This document shows positions 32,079 through 42,678 of a stretch of 64,000 nucleotides of DNA, one piece after another. Positions within the stretch are counted from its first letter, which is position 1, and each line of letters starts with the position of its first letter. The DNA lies in the NCBI GenBank assembly GCA_019637115.1, contig JAHBWH010000022.1, positions 762-64,761 of the forward strand. The letters are read 5' to 3'. Position numbers and translations under genes: made by a program. The notes under the pieces are model-generated. The model had not been told where the DNA came from and did no database searches. It worked only from the letters and a program-made list of their open reading frames with translations. The DNA comes from Myxococcales bacterium. Lineage in GTDB: Bacteria > Myxococcota_A > Polyangia > Polyangiales > Houyiibacteriaceae.

Positions 32079-32875
32079 GAGTCGCTGCGAGGTCGCCGTG
32101 GAGTCCGATGAGAGTCGCTGCGACGTCGCGCACGATCTGGGTGGCCCTCGTCACGATCGGCGCGCTCGTCGCGCTGACCGACGTCGCGCGCGCCCAGGAG
32201 CCTGCTCGATGGGCGCGACCCCCGGGAGAGCCGAGCGAGGCCGCCCTCCGAGAGGCGCGCGAGCGGTACGTGGAGGGCACCGACCTGGCGGCGGAAGGAC
32301 GCTGGGCGGACGCGTTGGAGGCGTTCACCGTCGCGTACGAGCGCTCGGGGGTCGCGGCGGCGCTCTTCAACGTCGCCACCACCCTCCGGTCGCTCGGTCG
32401 GCACCGCGACGCGCGCGACGCCTTCGACCAGCTGCTCTCGGGGCACCCCGAGGCCGACCCGGAGATGCGCGCCGACGCGACGCGGCTCCGAACGGAGGTC
32501 GCGGTCCGCGTCGCCCTGGTGCTGATCGGCGGTGTCCCTCGCGAGCCTGGCCTCGAGCTCTGGATCGACGGGGCGCGCCGCGCGCTCGACGACGCGCGCC
32601 CCGTGGTCGCCGAGGTGGATCCCGGCCCTCACGCCCTGCGCCTCGAGCTCGACCGCCACGCGCCGTGGCTCTGGGAGGGGACGCTCGGCGACGGCGAGCG
32701 GCTGGCCCTCGAGGCGGACCTGACGCCGTTGCCCGAGCGCTCGAGCCGTCGTCGCCCGGCGCTCTGGGCGACCCTCGCCGTCCTCGTCGTCGCGGGCCTC
32801 GCCGTCGGCGCATATTTCGTCTTCTTCCACGACCGCGGGCTCGAGCCGCTCTCACCGAACACGATCCGACTCTGA
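32075..32875 (+). CDS. TPR-like/PEGA-like domain membrane protein (266 aa; alternative start at 32108)
   Basis: ATGA overlap with the kinase stop. Signal-like IWVALVTIGALVALTDVARAQ; PGPHALRLELDRHAPW (PEGA-like); C-terminal transmembrane segment LWATLAVLVVAGLAVGAYFVFF. Confidence 0.65.
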   Translation: MRVAARSPWSPMRVAATSRTIWVALVTIGALVALTDVARAQEPARWARPPGEPSEAALREARERYVEGTDLAAEGRWADALEAFTVAYERSGVAAALFNVATTLRSLGRHRDARDAFDQLLSGHPEADPEMRADATRLRTEVAVRVALVLIGGVPREPGLELWIDGARRALDDARPVVAEVDPGPHALRLELDRHAPWLWEGTLGDGERLALEADLTPLPERSSRRRPALWATLAVLVVAGLAVGAYFVFFHDRGLEPLSPNTIRL

Positions 32876-33381
32876 TGCGCGCTCCGTATGCACTCTTGGT
32901 GCTCTCGCTCGCGCTCGGCTGCGGCGACACCAACGCGGTCCTCGAGCTCGAGCTGCGCCTGCCTCCGCAAGCGGACGCCCCCCGCTTCGCCGCCGTCCAA
33001 GCGCGCCGCGCGAGCGTCGGCTTCGACGATCCGTGGGACGGCTCTGGGTTGCTGGCGGCCCCGCTGGGCGCGGAGCCCCGAGAGCTCGCCGTGAGCGTCG
33101 TGAGCGAGTCGAGCTACGACGAGGCGCTCCTCGTCCGGATCCGCTACTGCGCCACCGCGACCTGCGACGCGCTCGGCGACGAGCGCGCGCCCGAATCACG
33201 CCTCGTCATCGAGCGAGCGTTCTACCTCGGCGAGCGGACGCACGCGCGGTGGGAGATCGACGCGCTGCCCACGCAGACGGATCCCGAGCCCGAGCAGCTC
33301 GATCGCTGCGAGGTGCGCGGTTGCCGCGCCGGCGTCGCCGCCTCGTACTGCCGCGCCGATGGCAGCCACTTCTGCGAGTGA
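32875..33381 (+). CDS. Lipoprotein, hypothetical (168 aa)
   Basis: MRAPYALLVLSLALGCG lipobox. TGATG overlap with the upstream gene. Confidence 0.6.
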   Translation: MRAPYALLVLSLALGCGDTNAVLELELRLPPQADAPRFAAVQARRASVGFDDPWDGSGLLAAPLGAEPRELAVSVVSESSYDEALLVRIRYCATATCDALGDERAPESRLVIERAFYLGERTHARWEIDALPTQTDPEPEQLDRCEVRGCRAGVAASYCRADGSHFCE

Positions 33382-33398
33382 CCCGACCAGCGCCCGGC

Positions 33399-35117
33399 TC
33401 AGCAGCTCCCGCCCGCAGGGGAGCAGAAGTTCTGACCGGGGCACGCCCAGCAGAAGAAGCCCGCGCCGCACCCGCCGTTGGCGCAGACGCCCGAGGAGGG
33501 GCACTGGCAGTTGCAGAACGCGGGCGGCGAGTTGACGTTCCAGCACGTCGCCCGCGAGTCGAGGATGGCGCGGCACTGATCGTTCGTGGAGCAGCCGCGG
33601 CAGGCGTGGCCACCCGTGCCCGTCGCGCGGCACGAGAGCGAGCCCGCGCAGCGGACCCGACACGCGCCGCAGTGCGAGTCCGAGGTGAGGGCGACGCAGT
33701 TGTTCGCCCCGCAACAGACGCGCCCGCTCCCGCAGCTGGTCCCATCGGGGGGCGCCGTCCGAGTGCAGCTCCCCGTCTCGGTGGTGTTCCGCGTCCCGCA
33801 CGTCCCGCTGCCGCAGATCCGGTCGGTGCGGGTGCGCGTTCGCGTACCGGACGTCGCGCAGGCGTTGGCGAAGCCTCCGCACGCCGACCAGCTCGAGTAG
33901 GTCGTCGTCCCGCAAGAGACGCCGTTGGTGCTGCGCGTGCAGGCTTCGCTCTCCTGCACGGACGAGAAGGTGCACGCGCCGTCGGTGCACGCGGGGACCA
34001 TCACGGTGCGGGTGCGCGTGCCCGTCTGCGCGCAGGTCGAGGCGTATTGGCAGGTGCCCCACGGCCCCGGCACCGGGTTGCCGCAGTCCGCGGCCGTCGC
34101 GCAAGCCTCGCATACCTCGCGCGCCTCGTTGCAGAAGCGCTCGCACGGGGGCTCCTCGTGGACCGAGCACGTCCCCTCGGCGCAGCGGTCGGCCCCGTTG
34201 CACCAGACGCCGTCGTCGCACGGGGCCTCGTTGGGCTCGTGCACGCACCCCATCCCCTCGTCGCACGAGTCGTCCGTGCAGTCGTTGTTGTCATCGCACT
34301 CGACGGGCGCGCCCTCGCACCGTCCCGCGGCCGTGCAGACGTCCCCCTCCGTGCAGCGCGCGCCGTCGTCGCAGGCGGCGCCGAGGCAGTCGGGGTCCTC
34401 ACAGTCGGTGAGGCCATCGCAGTCGTCGTCGATGCCGTCGTCGCAGCTCACCTCGCGCTCGTCGCACAGCCCGCGCGCGCAGCCAGTGCGGACGTCGCAG
34501 CGCTCCCCCACGCGGCAGCGGTCCGACATCGGCCGGACGAAGCACTCCCGATCCACGCAGACCGGCTCGCCGCAATCGACGGATCGAGGGCAGTCCGCGT
34601 CCACGTCGCAGGCGGGCGGGCCGCACTCCTCGGCGGCCTCGGTGCCGCAGCGCGGCGGCACACAGCGCCCGCTGATGCACTCGGTCGCGTCCGCGTCGTC
34701 ACCGTCGCGCGGGCACACGACGTTCGCGCAGAGAGAGCCGATGAGCACGGTGATGGCGGTGTCCTGCTCGAGCTCGATGCGCGTGCGCCTCGACGCGACC
34801 GTGTCTCGTGTCGCGTCGAGCAAGGTGACGACGACGACACGCGAGCCGGTCGTCAGCCCCGTCAGCTCGGCGACGCGGGCCCCGCGGAGCAGGTCTCCCT
34901 CCGGCAGCGTGTCGACCCGAGCGAGCATCGCGGCCTCGTCCGCGGCGACGTCGAGGAGCTCGACGCGGACCGCGAAGAAGTCCTCGCCCGCCTGGTAGTC
35001 GGTCTTCAGATCGACGCTGAGCTCGATCGGCCCCGAGGCGGCGCAGCCGGCCAGGGCGCACGCGAGGAGGGCTCGGGCGCCGCGAGCTGCGGGGGCGGAG
35101 GTGGAGCTGGCCATCAT
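33399..35117 (-). CDS. Cys-rich repeat lipoprotein (myxobacterial Cys-rich repeat type), 572 aa
   Basis: MMASSTSAPAARGARALLACALAGC lipobox. Repeated CDDG..C(T/N).D.C modules (ACDDGARCTEGDVC, ECDDNNDCTDDSCDEGMGC, PCDDGVWCNGADRC). Confidence 0.75.
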   Translation of the reverse strand: MMASSTSAPAARGARALLACALAGCAASGPIELSVDLKTDYQAGEDFFAVRVELLDVAADEAAMLARVDTLPEGDLLRGARVAELTGLTTGSRVVVVTLLDATRDTVASRRTRIELEQDTAITVLIGSLCANVVCPRDGDDADATECISGRCVPPRCGTEAAEECGPPACDVDADCPRSVDCGEPVCVDRECFVRPMSDRCRVGERCDVRTGCARGLCDEREVSCDDGIDDDCDGLTDCEDPDCLGAACDDGARCTEGDVCTAAGRCEGAPVECDDNNDCTDDSCDEGMGCVHEPNEAPCDDGVWCNGADRCAEGTCSVHEEPPCERFCNEAREVCEACATAADCGNPVPGPWGTCQYASTCAQTGTRTRTVMVPACTDGACTFSSVQESEACTRSTNGVSCGTTTYSSWSACGGFANACATSGTRTRTRTDRICGSGTCGTRNTTETGSCTRTAPPDGTSCGSGRVCCGANNCVALTSDSHCGACRVRCAGSLSCRATGTGGHACRGCSTNDQCRAILDSRATCWNVNSPPAFCNCQCPSSGVCANGGCGAGFFCWACPGQNFCSPAGGSC

Positions 35118-35615
35118 GGGGTACCGATCGTCGTAGCGTTCCGTGTCGCGGCGCGGGCGACAAGCGCGTGTCGGGCGTCGCACCGCATCAAACCCTCGAC
35201 GGGCCGCGAGCGTCCTCGTCGAAACCCTGCTTCCCGACGAAGGGACGTCCAAGGTGCGCCGTGGAGCGTGCCTCGGGGCAGGCGGGCGCTGCGAGGGCCC
35301 ACGGCCCGGCGAAGGGGTCGTTCGACCGGCCGTTACGCAAGCCGCGGGCCAACGCCATCGATCGGGCGCGTCGGGCTCGGACGCGCGCTCGAGGGGGACC
35401 TCGACGATCGGTGGCCCCCGATCGATTCCGAACGATTGACGGGCGAGGCGCCCTTCGGCCGTCACGAATGACCCTCGAGCCGCCTCCGCGCCGAGCGCGA
35501 ACGCCAGTCCGCACCCACGACCCATCGCTCAGAAACGGGACGATCGGACGCTCGCGCGCGCGCCAACGGTGCGCGCCCGTGAACTCTGTGCGGCGCCGTG
35601 CTACCCCGCGGCGCC

Positions 35616-37637
35616 ATGAGCCTCGTCGTCTTCGAGGATGTCTCGCTCCACCTCGGCGGAAAGAAGATCGTCGAGGGCCTCGGCCTGCGCATCGCCGATG
35701 GCGACCGCATTGGCCTGATCGGCCCGAACGGTTCGGGCAAGACCACCCTGCTGCGCCTCCTCGCCGGTCAGACGACCCCCGACGGCGGGTCGATCCTCGT
35801 TCGGAAGGGCGCCCGCATCGGCTACCTGCCCCAGGACGTGAACCTCGAGGGCGGCCGGACGCTGCGGACCTTCGTCCGCGAGAGCGTCCCTGGCCGCGCC
35901 GCGCTCGAGGCCGACCTCGCGGAGGCCGAGGCGACGCTGAACGAGCTGGCCGACGCCCACGACCAGCCCGACTTCGAAGAGCGCATGACCGACGCCGCTG
36001 GTCGCGTCGCCGATCTCCACGAGCGCATGTCGCACTTCGACGCCTACTTCGGCGAGCACGAGGCGCTGCGCATCCTCGCGGGCCTCGGCTTCCGGGACGC
36101 CGACCTCGAGCGCGACCTGAGCGAGTTCAGCGGGGGTTGGAAGATGCGCGCCGTGCTCGGCTCGTTGCTCTTCCAGCGCCCGGACCTGCTCCTCCTCGAC
36201 GAGCCGACCAACCACCTCGACATGCCCAGCGTCGCGTGGCTCTCGGGCTTCTTGCAGCGCTACGACCGCGCGTTCGTGCTCATCAGCCACGACCGCGAGT
36301 TCTTGAACGAGCAGGTCGCGCGCATCGTGAGCTTCGAGGTCGAGGGCGTGCGGCAATACGTCGGCGACTACGAGGCCTACCGCCGGCAGCGCGAGGAGGA
36401 GCGCGTGCTGCTCGAGAACCGCGCGAAGAACCTCAGCCGCGAGAAGGAGCAGATGGAGCGCTTCGTGAAGCGCTTCCGGGCCAAGGCCACGAAGGCCAAG
36501 CAGGTCCAGAGCCGCGTCAAGAAGCTCGAGAAGATGGACGACGTCGAGCTCTTCCAGGACCGCGAGCAGATCCGCTTCCGCTTCCCGCCCGTCGAGCGGG
36601 CCGGCAAGAACGTCATCGAGGTCCACGGCCTGAAGAAGAGCTACGGCGCGCACGAGGTCCTCAAGGGCGTCGACCTCCTCGTGCAGCGCGGCGAGCGCAT
36701 CGCGCTCCTCGGCGTCAACGGCGCCGGCAAGACGACGCTGCTGCGGATCCTCGCGGGCGAGATCGAGCCGAGCGGCGGCGAGTACCGCTTCGGCGCCAAC
36801 ACGCGCGTCGCGTACTACGCGCAGCACCACGCCGAGGTCCTCCGCAAGGAGTGGGACGTCTACACCACCGTGAAGTCGGCGAGCGAGGACGCGACCCACC
36901 AACAGGTCCGCGCCGCGCTCGGAGCGCTGCTCTTCGGGGATCTGGAGATCGAGAAGAAGGTCGGCGTGCTCTCGGGCGGCGAGCGCGCCCGCGTGGCGCT
37001 CGCGTGCATGCTCGTTCGGCCGGGAAACGTCCTGCTGATGGACGAGCCGACGAACCACCTCGACATCGAGTCGAGCGACCGGCTCGCCGACGCGCTCGAC
37101 GGCTTCGACGGCACGCTCCTTTTCGTCAGCCACAACCGCGCGTTCATCCGTCGGCTCGCGACGAGCCTGTGGTTCGTCGAGGACGGCAAGGTCGTCGTCT
37201 ACCCTGGGACGCTCGACGACTACCTCGCGAAGGTGCAGCGCGGTGAGGGCGATCTCGCGAACGCCGTCGACGAGACCGCCGCCGCGAGCAAGAACCTCGC
37301 GCCCGGAAACACCGCGGGCGCCGCGAAGAGCCAGACCGCCCAGGAGCCGCCGCGGGACGACAAGGCCGCGCGACGCGCCGAAGCCGATCGCCGCCGCGAG
37401 CAGCAGAAGAAGCTCCGGCCGCTCCAGCGACGCAGCGAGGAGCTGGAGAAGACCATCGCGCGGCTCGAGCGAGAGCAGGCCGAGCGCGAGGCCCAGATGG
37501 CCGACCCCGGAACCTACGGCGACCCCGACAAGCAGCGCGAGCTCACGGCGGCCTACGCGCGCGCGAAGGTCGAGCTCGAGGTCGCGATGGACACCTGGGC
37601 CGAGGTCCAAGAAGAGCTCGAGGCGCTCACGACCTGA
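35616..37637 (+). CDS. ABC-F family ATPase (Uup/EttA-like; two ABC domains, no transmembrane domain, C-terminal coiled coil)
   Basis: Walker A GPNGSGKTT and GVNGAGKTT; signatures FSGGWKMR and LSGGERAR; Walker B LLLLDEPTNHLD and VLLMDEPTNHLD; linker KAKQVQSRVKKLEKM. Confidence 0.92.
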   Translation: MSLVVFEDVSLHLGGKKIVEGLGLRIADGDRIGLIGPNGSGKTTLLRLLAGQTTPDGGSILVRKGARIGYLPQDVNLEGGRTLRTFVRESVPGRAALEADLAEAEATLNELADAHDQPDFEERMTDAAGRVADLHERMSHFDAYFGEHEALRILAGLGFRDADLERDLSEFSGGWKMRAVLGSLLFQRPDLLLLDEPTNHLDMPSVAWLSGFLQRYDRAFVLISHDREFLNEQVARIVSFEVEGVRQYVGDYEAYRRQREEERVLLENRAKNLSREKEQMERFVKRFRAKATKAKQVQSRVKKLEKMDDVELFQDREQIRFRFPPVERAGKNVIEVHGLKKSYGAHEVLKGVDLLVQRGERIALLGVNGAGKTTLLRILAGEIEPSGGEYRFGANTRVAYYAQHHAEVLRKEWDVYTTVKSASEDATHQQVRAALGALLFGDLEIEKKVGVLSGGERARVALACMLVRPGNVLLMDEPTNHLDIESSDRLADALDGFDGTLLFVSHNRAFIRRLATSLWFVEDGKVVVYPGTLDDYLAKVQRGEGDLANAVDETAAASKNLAPGNTAGAAKSQTAQEPPRDDKAARRAEADRRREQQKKLRPLQRRSEELEKTIARLEREQAEREAQMADPGTYGDPDKQRELTAAYARAKVELEVAMDTWAEVQEELEALTT

Positions 37638-37679
37638 TCGGCGGCTCGCCGCCCTGCAGGGCAGCTGCGAGATCCGCTC

Positions 37680-38228
37680 TCAGCTCTCGGTCAGACAGGT
37701 CCAGCGGACCTCGAGGTCCTCGTCGGTCGCCGTCGCGACGCCCGATCGCCGGTCCGCGTTCCACGTCGCGATGGCAGGGAACTGCGTGAAGTTCGACTCG
37801 CCGACCCGTTGGAGCGTGATCGTCGCAGGCGCCTCGACGTCGGGGGTGAGCGTGATGGTCATCAGGGGCTGCTCGAGCCGAGCCCGAAACAGCTCCCCCG
37901 AACGGGCAGAGTCCTCTGCGAGGAAGAAGTCGGCGATCCCGGCGCTGGCGGCTGGAGGGGTCGTCGTGCAGCTGAAGACGCCCTCCGGCTCGGCACCACC
38001 TCGCCCAGCGAGGATCGACTCGGAGAGCTCGAGCGTCTCGGTCGAGCCATCTCGGGTGACCTCGAACCGCACCCCGACGATCGTCGTCGACGGTGGCGGC
38101 ATAGTGGCAGCGTCGGCGCCCGTCCCTCCGTCGGTCGGAGCCACGGTGTCATCGTCGCCGCAGCCGGCAGCTCCCGCGAGCACTCCCACGAAAAGATACA
38201 TGGACCATGAGAAGCGTTTCGTGCGCAT
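37680..38228 (-). CDS. Lipoprotein, hypothetical (182 aa)
   Basis: MRTKRFSWSMYLFVGVLAGAAGCG lipobox, with ATG at 38226-38228 in ORF 37680-38603. Confidence 0.6.
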   Translation of the reverse strand: MRTKRFSWSMYLFVGVLAGAAGCGDDDTVAPTDGGTGADAATMPPPSTTIVGVRFEVTRDGSTETLELSESILAGRGGAEPEGVFSCTTTPPAASAGIADFFLAEDSARSGELFRARLEQPLMTITLTPDVEAPATITLQRVGESNFTQFPAIATWNADRRSGVATATDEDLEVRWTCLTES

Positions 38229-38370
38229 GTAGGACCCCTCACTCCTAAACGTTGGACGCAAAGTGTTGTGGCCAGGAGTCGATCCCGTCAACGGATTATC
38301 TCGTTCGCATCGACGGGCGCCGTAACTCGGCGTCTCCACACCGTCGGTTGCGGACACCATTGAACGGCGA

Positions 38371-38390
38371 CGTCGCCCCATGGGGCGACG
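38371..38390 (-). terminator. 20-nt perfect palindrome CGTCGCCCCATGGGGCGACG, 13 nt after the stop of the upstream minus-strand gene
   Basis: Read directly. It is similar in style (CCCCAT..GGGG core) to the hairpin at 24768-24791. Confidence 0.45.
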
Positions 38391-38403
38391 GGGGGCGCTG
38401 TAC

Positions 38404-39030
38404 TCAGCCTGTGTTGGCCGCGCTCGCCCCCCAGGCGAGCCGATAGGTCGTCCGCGACGGCTGCAGCGCGGCCAGCGTGAGCTCGGACCCCGGCTCCGTC
38501 GAGAGGCTCGCGAGCGCAGCGAAGACTCCGACGAACGCCTCCGCCAGCAGCGGCGTGAGGAGTCCTGGTGGGTGCCGGAGCACGAGCTCGAGCGAGACGT
38601 CACCCGTGGCGCTCGCCTCGAGCTCGAGGCCGCGATGAAACCCGGTCCAGCGCAGGTGCGCGGTCTTCAAGATCGTGGAGGGCGAGAGCATCGACAGCAA
38701 CTGTCGATAGAGCGGGCTCTGCGCTAGCGCGCTCGATTGCTCGAAGAAGAACGTCTGCAGCCCGCGTCCGTCGAGCCCGTGGTGGTCGGCGAGCGCGAGC
38801 GCGGCGGCGAGGTGGTGAACCTCGGGAATCCAGACGTTCGCGGGTGGAGGGTCGAGCAGCAACGACGCGATCGCCGGGGGCAGGCCGACGGGATCGCGTG
38901 GCGCCGGGCAGACCTCGACCATGAAACGAACGAGCGACGCCTTCGCCTCATAGGCAGGAAACGCCTGGAGCCCGCCAGGCAGCGACCCGAGGTACTCGTC
39001 GACGCGCGGATAACCCCTCACGAGAGACAC
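38404..39030 (-). CDS. Hypothetical protein (~208 aa; start uncertain, GTG at 39030 or 39021)
   Basis: This is the C-terminal part of ORF 38404-39570. Third-codon-position GC bias is strong from ..RGYPRVDEYLGSLPGGLQAFPAYEAKASLVRFMVEV... to the end. Confidence 0.5.
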   Translation of the reverse strand: MSLVRGYPRVDEYLGSLPGGLQAFPAYEAKASLVRFMVEVCPAPRDPVGLPPAIASLLLDPPPANVWIPEVHHLAAALALADHHGLDGRGLQTFFFEQSSALAQSPLYRQLLSMLSPSTILKTAHLRWTGFHRGLELEASATGDVSLELVLRHPPGLLTPLLAEAFVGVFAALASLSTEPGSELTLAALQPSRTTYRLAWGASAANTG

Positions 39031-39243
39031 GATACGAAAGTGAGCCGATTCTCGCCTCCCCCATATGGGGGAGAAGATGCACTTTCCCGGGACCACGTGG
39101 CGTACCGCCTCGGAGCGGAAGGTGACCGGGCCGCCTCGCTTCCGTCTCCGCTTCCTTCCGTCTCCGCTTCCTTCCGTCTCCGCGGGAGCTCGGCCGAACG
39201 TCGGGTTGGGGGGGCTCGCTTCGCCTGCTAGGCGATCCGGTCG

Positions 39244-40143
39244 ATGGACGACCCCTCCGACCTGCTCGCCGCCGCGAAACGACCCGCCGAGCCCCTCCCT
39301 CGCCGCGCGGTGCACCCACGCGTCCTGCAGCTCCCTCTGGGACCTGGCGAGCTCGCGTGGACGCTGCTCGTCTGGGACGATCCGGGCGGCGCGCCCGCGC
39401 TGCACGCGGCGCTCCGGCCGCTCGTCGAGGCGACGCTCTCGGCCGAGCTGAGCGAGCCCTACGGCCTCCCCGACGAGACCACCCCAGTCGCCCTGCGCTT
39501 GCTCGCGTTCGCCGACGTACCGGGCTTCGAGCAGGCCGTGCGCGCCTTCGGCCTCGAAGCAGCGCCCCACGACGAGGCCTTCGAGGAGGCCCTACGCAAC
39601 GCGCGCGGCGAGGCGGGGCGCGTCGGGCGCGAGCCACCCGACGAGCCGACGAGCCGGTGGGAGGTGCGCCTGCGGACCCCGGCGGGCACGCGCGAGCTCG
39701 AGGACGCGCTCCGCCAGACGGTCGGCGAGGAAGCCTTCGGCGCGCGCCCCGGCGCCCTCTTCGCGGCCCTCAACCAGGTGCTCCACGCGCGCGGGGAGAC
39801 GCCGCTGCCGCCGCGCCTGTCGAGCCTGGACGCGCTCGAGGCGCGCCTCGGCACGCAGGAGACGGGCGTGGTCCGGTGGATCCCGCCGCGGCTCTTCCAG
39901 GCGCTCTGCGACGCCGTCGCGGTCGTCGCAACGAAGGAGCTCGGCCGAGAGGTGCAGTGGGCGCCGAGCGAGATCGAGGACGACGGCCTCGCGCGCCCGC
40001 CGCTCGTGCGCGTCGCGGGCCCGCGCGGCGCGTGGATGCACCTGCCGCTCGGGCAGCACCTGCTGCGCTGGTGCGTGATGCCGCGCCACCGCGGCGAAGA
40101 GGTCCCGCCCCTCTCGGCATGGCTCCGCGACGAGCTCGCGTAG
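39244..40143 (+). CDS. Hypothetical protein (299 aa)
   Basis: ATG ORF with protein-like composition. No motif recognised. Confidence 0.55.
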   Translation: MDDPSDLLAAAKRPAEPLPRRAVHPRVLQLPLGPGELAWTLLVWDDPGGAPALHAALRPLVEATLSAELSEPYGLPDETTPVALRLLAFADVPGFEQAVRAFGLEAAPHDEAFEEALRNARGEAGRVGREPPDEPTSRWEVRLRTPAGTRELEDALRQTVGEEAFGARPGALFAALNQVLHARGETPLPPRLSSLDALEARLGTQETGVVRWIPPRLFQALCDAVAVVATKELGREVQWAPSEIEDDGLARPPLVRVAGPRGAWMHLPLGQHLLRWCVMPRHRGEEVPPLSAWLRDELA

Positions 40144-40154
40144 TCCCAAGCCCG

Positions 40155-40543
<389 letters not shown>

Positions 40544-41458
40544 CTACCGGCCGAGGACCCGACGGTAGGCGCCGTCGTCCACGCCGTTGTGGGCCCAATA
40601 GTCCGTGAGCACCGCGTGCGTACGGCGCGCGACGGTCGTCGGGCCGTCCCCTCGCTCCTCCCACCCCTCGATCACGTAGGGAAACGCCGCGTGATGGTCG
40701 ACGCGGACCTCGCGCGGGAGCTCCGCGTAGCGGATGACGAGCGTGCGACGCGCGCCGGTGCCCTCGATCTCCACCGTGGCGTCGTAGGCCGCGAGCGGGC
40801 GATGGGCGAAGCGCAGGAAGTGCATCGCGGGGATGAGCCGCGTCGCCCCGCGCGGGATCGCGTCCGGGCCACGCCGCAGCGCCACGAGCAGCTCGTCCTC
40901 GGTCCAGGCGTCCTCGAGCGAGAGGTCCTGGTCCCCCTCGGCCTCGAAGTAGCTGTGCAGACGCGCGCGGATTCCATCCTCGCGGCGGTTCAGCTGCGCA
41001 TACGCGACGCCGCACCACTCGACCACGCTCGCCGCGAGCTTGAGCGCGCGCCCGCCCTCCGCAGGCGCGAAGGTGCTGGTCATCACGGTGTAGGGGTAGA
41101 TGCCCGTGTCGAACTGCCGGTGCGCGTTGAGCTTGAGCACGCTGATCGCGTCGTCGGGGCGCGGGCCGAGCTCGTGCTTCACCTGCGGCCCGGGGAGGAA
41201 GTCCTCGGTCACGAAGATGAGCACCGCCTCTCCCTCGTGGAGCTCGCCGTAGCGCGACTGCGAGAGCTCGTAGCGGCTGAGCTCGGCGAGACCTTGGTAC
41301 CAGTAGCGCTCGAAGCTCGGGTGCTCGCGCGCGAAGGACTCGGGGCTCGGCAAGGCGAGCGCCACCTCGTCCCCCGACGAGGCCGAAGGGCTTTCGCCGC
41401 GATCGCCGCCGCATCGCGTGAGGGTCGAGCAGAGCACGAGGGCGAGGAGCACGCGCAT
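40544..41458 (-). CDS. Lipoprotein, hypothetical (304 aa)
   Basis: MRVLLALVLCSTLTRCGG lipobox, with ATG at 41456-41458 in ORF 40544-41548. Confidence 0.7.
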   Translation of the reverse strand: MRVLLALVLCSTLTRCGGDRGESPSASSGDEVALALPSPESFAREHPSFERYWYQGLAELSRYELSQSRYGELHEGEAVLIFVTEDFLPGPQVKHELGPRPDDAISVLKLNAHRQFDTGIYPYTVMTSTFAPAEGGRALKLAASVVEWCGVAYAQLNRREDGIRARLHSYFEAEGDQDLSLEDAWTEDELLVALRRGPDAIPRGATRLIPAMHFLRFAHRPLAAYDATVEIEGTGARRTLVIRYAELPREVRVDHHAAFPYVIEGWEERGDGPTTVARRTHAVLTDYWAHNGVDDGAYRRVLGR

Positions 41459-41596
41459 GCACACTTCATGGCGCCACGAGGCACTCGTGGCCAGCATCGA
41501 CGAGAACGGCGGCGGGCGGTGGCGGGCGACGCCAGCTCGAGAGGCCACGAGGAGGGACCGCTCGAACCACGCTCACGGGGCTGCTAAGCAGGCCCG

Positions 41597-42652
41597 ATGC
41601 GTCGCGCGCTCTTGCTCGTCCCGCCCACGCTGCTCGCGCTGCTCTTCGGGTGCGGCTCGCGGACCGGCCTCGAGATCGCGAGCGCGCCGTGGGACGCCGA
41701 CGTCCCCGACCTCGGTCCCGCCCCCGAGTGTCGCCGCGACGCCGACTGCGACGACGGCATCCCATGCACGCGCGACGCCTGCGAGGGTGGCGCCTGCGTC
41801 GTCGTCACTCTCGACGAGGCCTGCGACGACGGACGCTTCTGCAACGGCGCCGAGCGGTGCGTCGCCGGGCTCGGCTGCGCGCCCGGCACGCCGCCGCCCT
41901 GCTCGGACGGCGTCTCATGCACCCGCGACGCCTGCGACGCCGCGCTCGACGAGTGCGTCTCCACCCCGGACGACGCGCTCTGCACGTTGAGCCAGCGCTG
42001 CGACGCCACCGTGGGCTGCCTCACCCGCGCGATCGCGAGCTGGGGCGGCCGGATCATCGACGTCGACCTGCCCTCGGGGACCTCACGCGTCCGCTTCACC
42101 ACCCCGGGGCGCGACCTCACCGACGTGGCGCTGCATCCCGACGGCACCCTCTACGGCCTGACCGTCGAGGATATCGTCGAGCTCGACCCAGTGACGCGTG
42201 GACGCCGCGTCGTCGCGTCGCTCGCGTCGCTCGGCGTGCGCCTCGACGGACTCGACGTGAGCCCGGACGGCGCGCTCTACGCCAGCGGCGGCGACGGCGT
42301 GTTCCGCGTCGATCGCGCGACCGGTACGGCGCGGCGCGAGGCGACCCTGCCGAGCGGCTGGGTCTCGGCGGGCGACCTCTCGTTCTTTGAGGGGCGCGCC
42401 TTCATCGCGATCGCGCGCAACGCGACGCGCTCGGCACCGAGCTCGCTCGCGGAGCTCGATCTGATCCGCGGGACCGCGCGCGTGCTCGGCCCGACGGGCT
42501 ACGCGTGCGTGTGGGGCCTCGCCGAGGTCGAGGGCGCGCTCTACGGCTTGACCTGCCAGGGGAACGTCCTTCGCCTCGATCTCGAGAGCGGCGCGGGCAC
42601 GCTCCTCGCGCAGCCGCCGGGTTACCAGTTCTGGGGCGCCTCCTCCCGGTGA
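41597..42652 (+). CDS. Lipoprotein with N-terminal Cys-rich repeats and a C-terminal beta-propeller-like region (351 aa)
   Basis: LLALLFGCGS lipobox. CDDGIPCTRDACEGGAC, CDDGRFCNGAERC and CSDGVSCTRDAC repeats. Confidence 0.75.
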   Translation: MRRALLLVPPTLLALLFGCGSRTGLEIASAPWDADVPDLGPAPECRRDADCDDGIPCTRDACEGGACVVVTLDEACDDGRFCNGAERCVAGLGCAPGTPPPCSDGVSCTRDACDAALDECVSTPDDALCTLSQRCDATVGCLTRAIASWGGRIIDVDLPSGTSRVRFTTPGRDLTDVALHPDGTLYGLTVEDIVELDPVTRGRRVVASLASLGVRLDGLDVSPDGALYASGGDGVFRVDRATGTARREATLPSGWVSAGDLSFFEGRAFIAIARNATRSAPSSLAELDLIRGTARVLGPTGYACVWGLAEVEGALYGLTCQGNVLRLDLESGAGTLLAQPPGYQFWGASSR

Positions 42653-42678
42653 CGCGCGCTCCGTGGCACCCTCGACGG

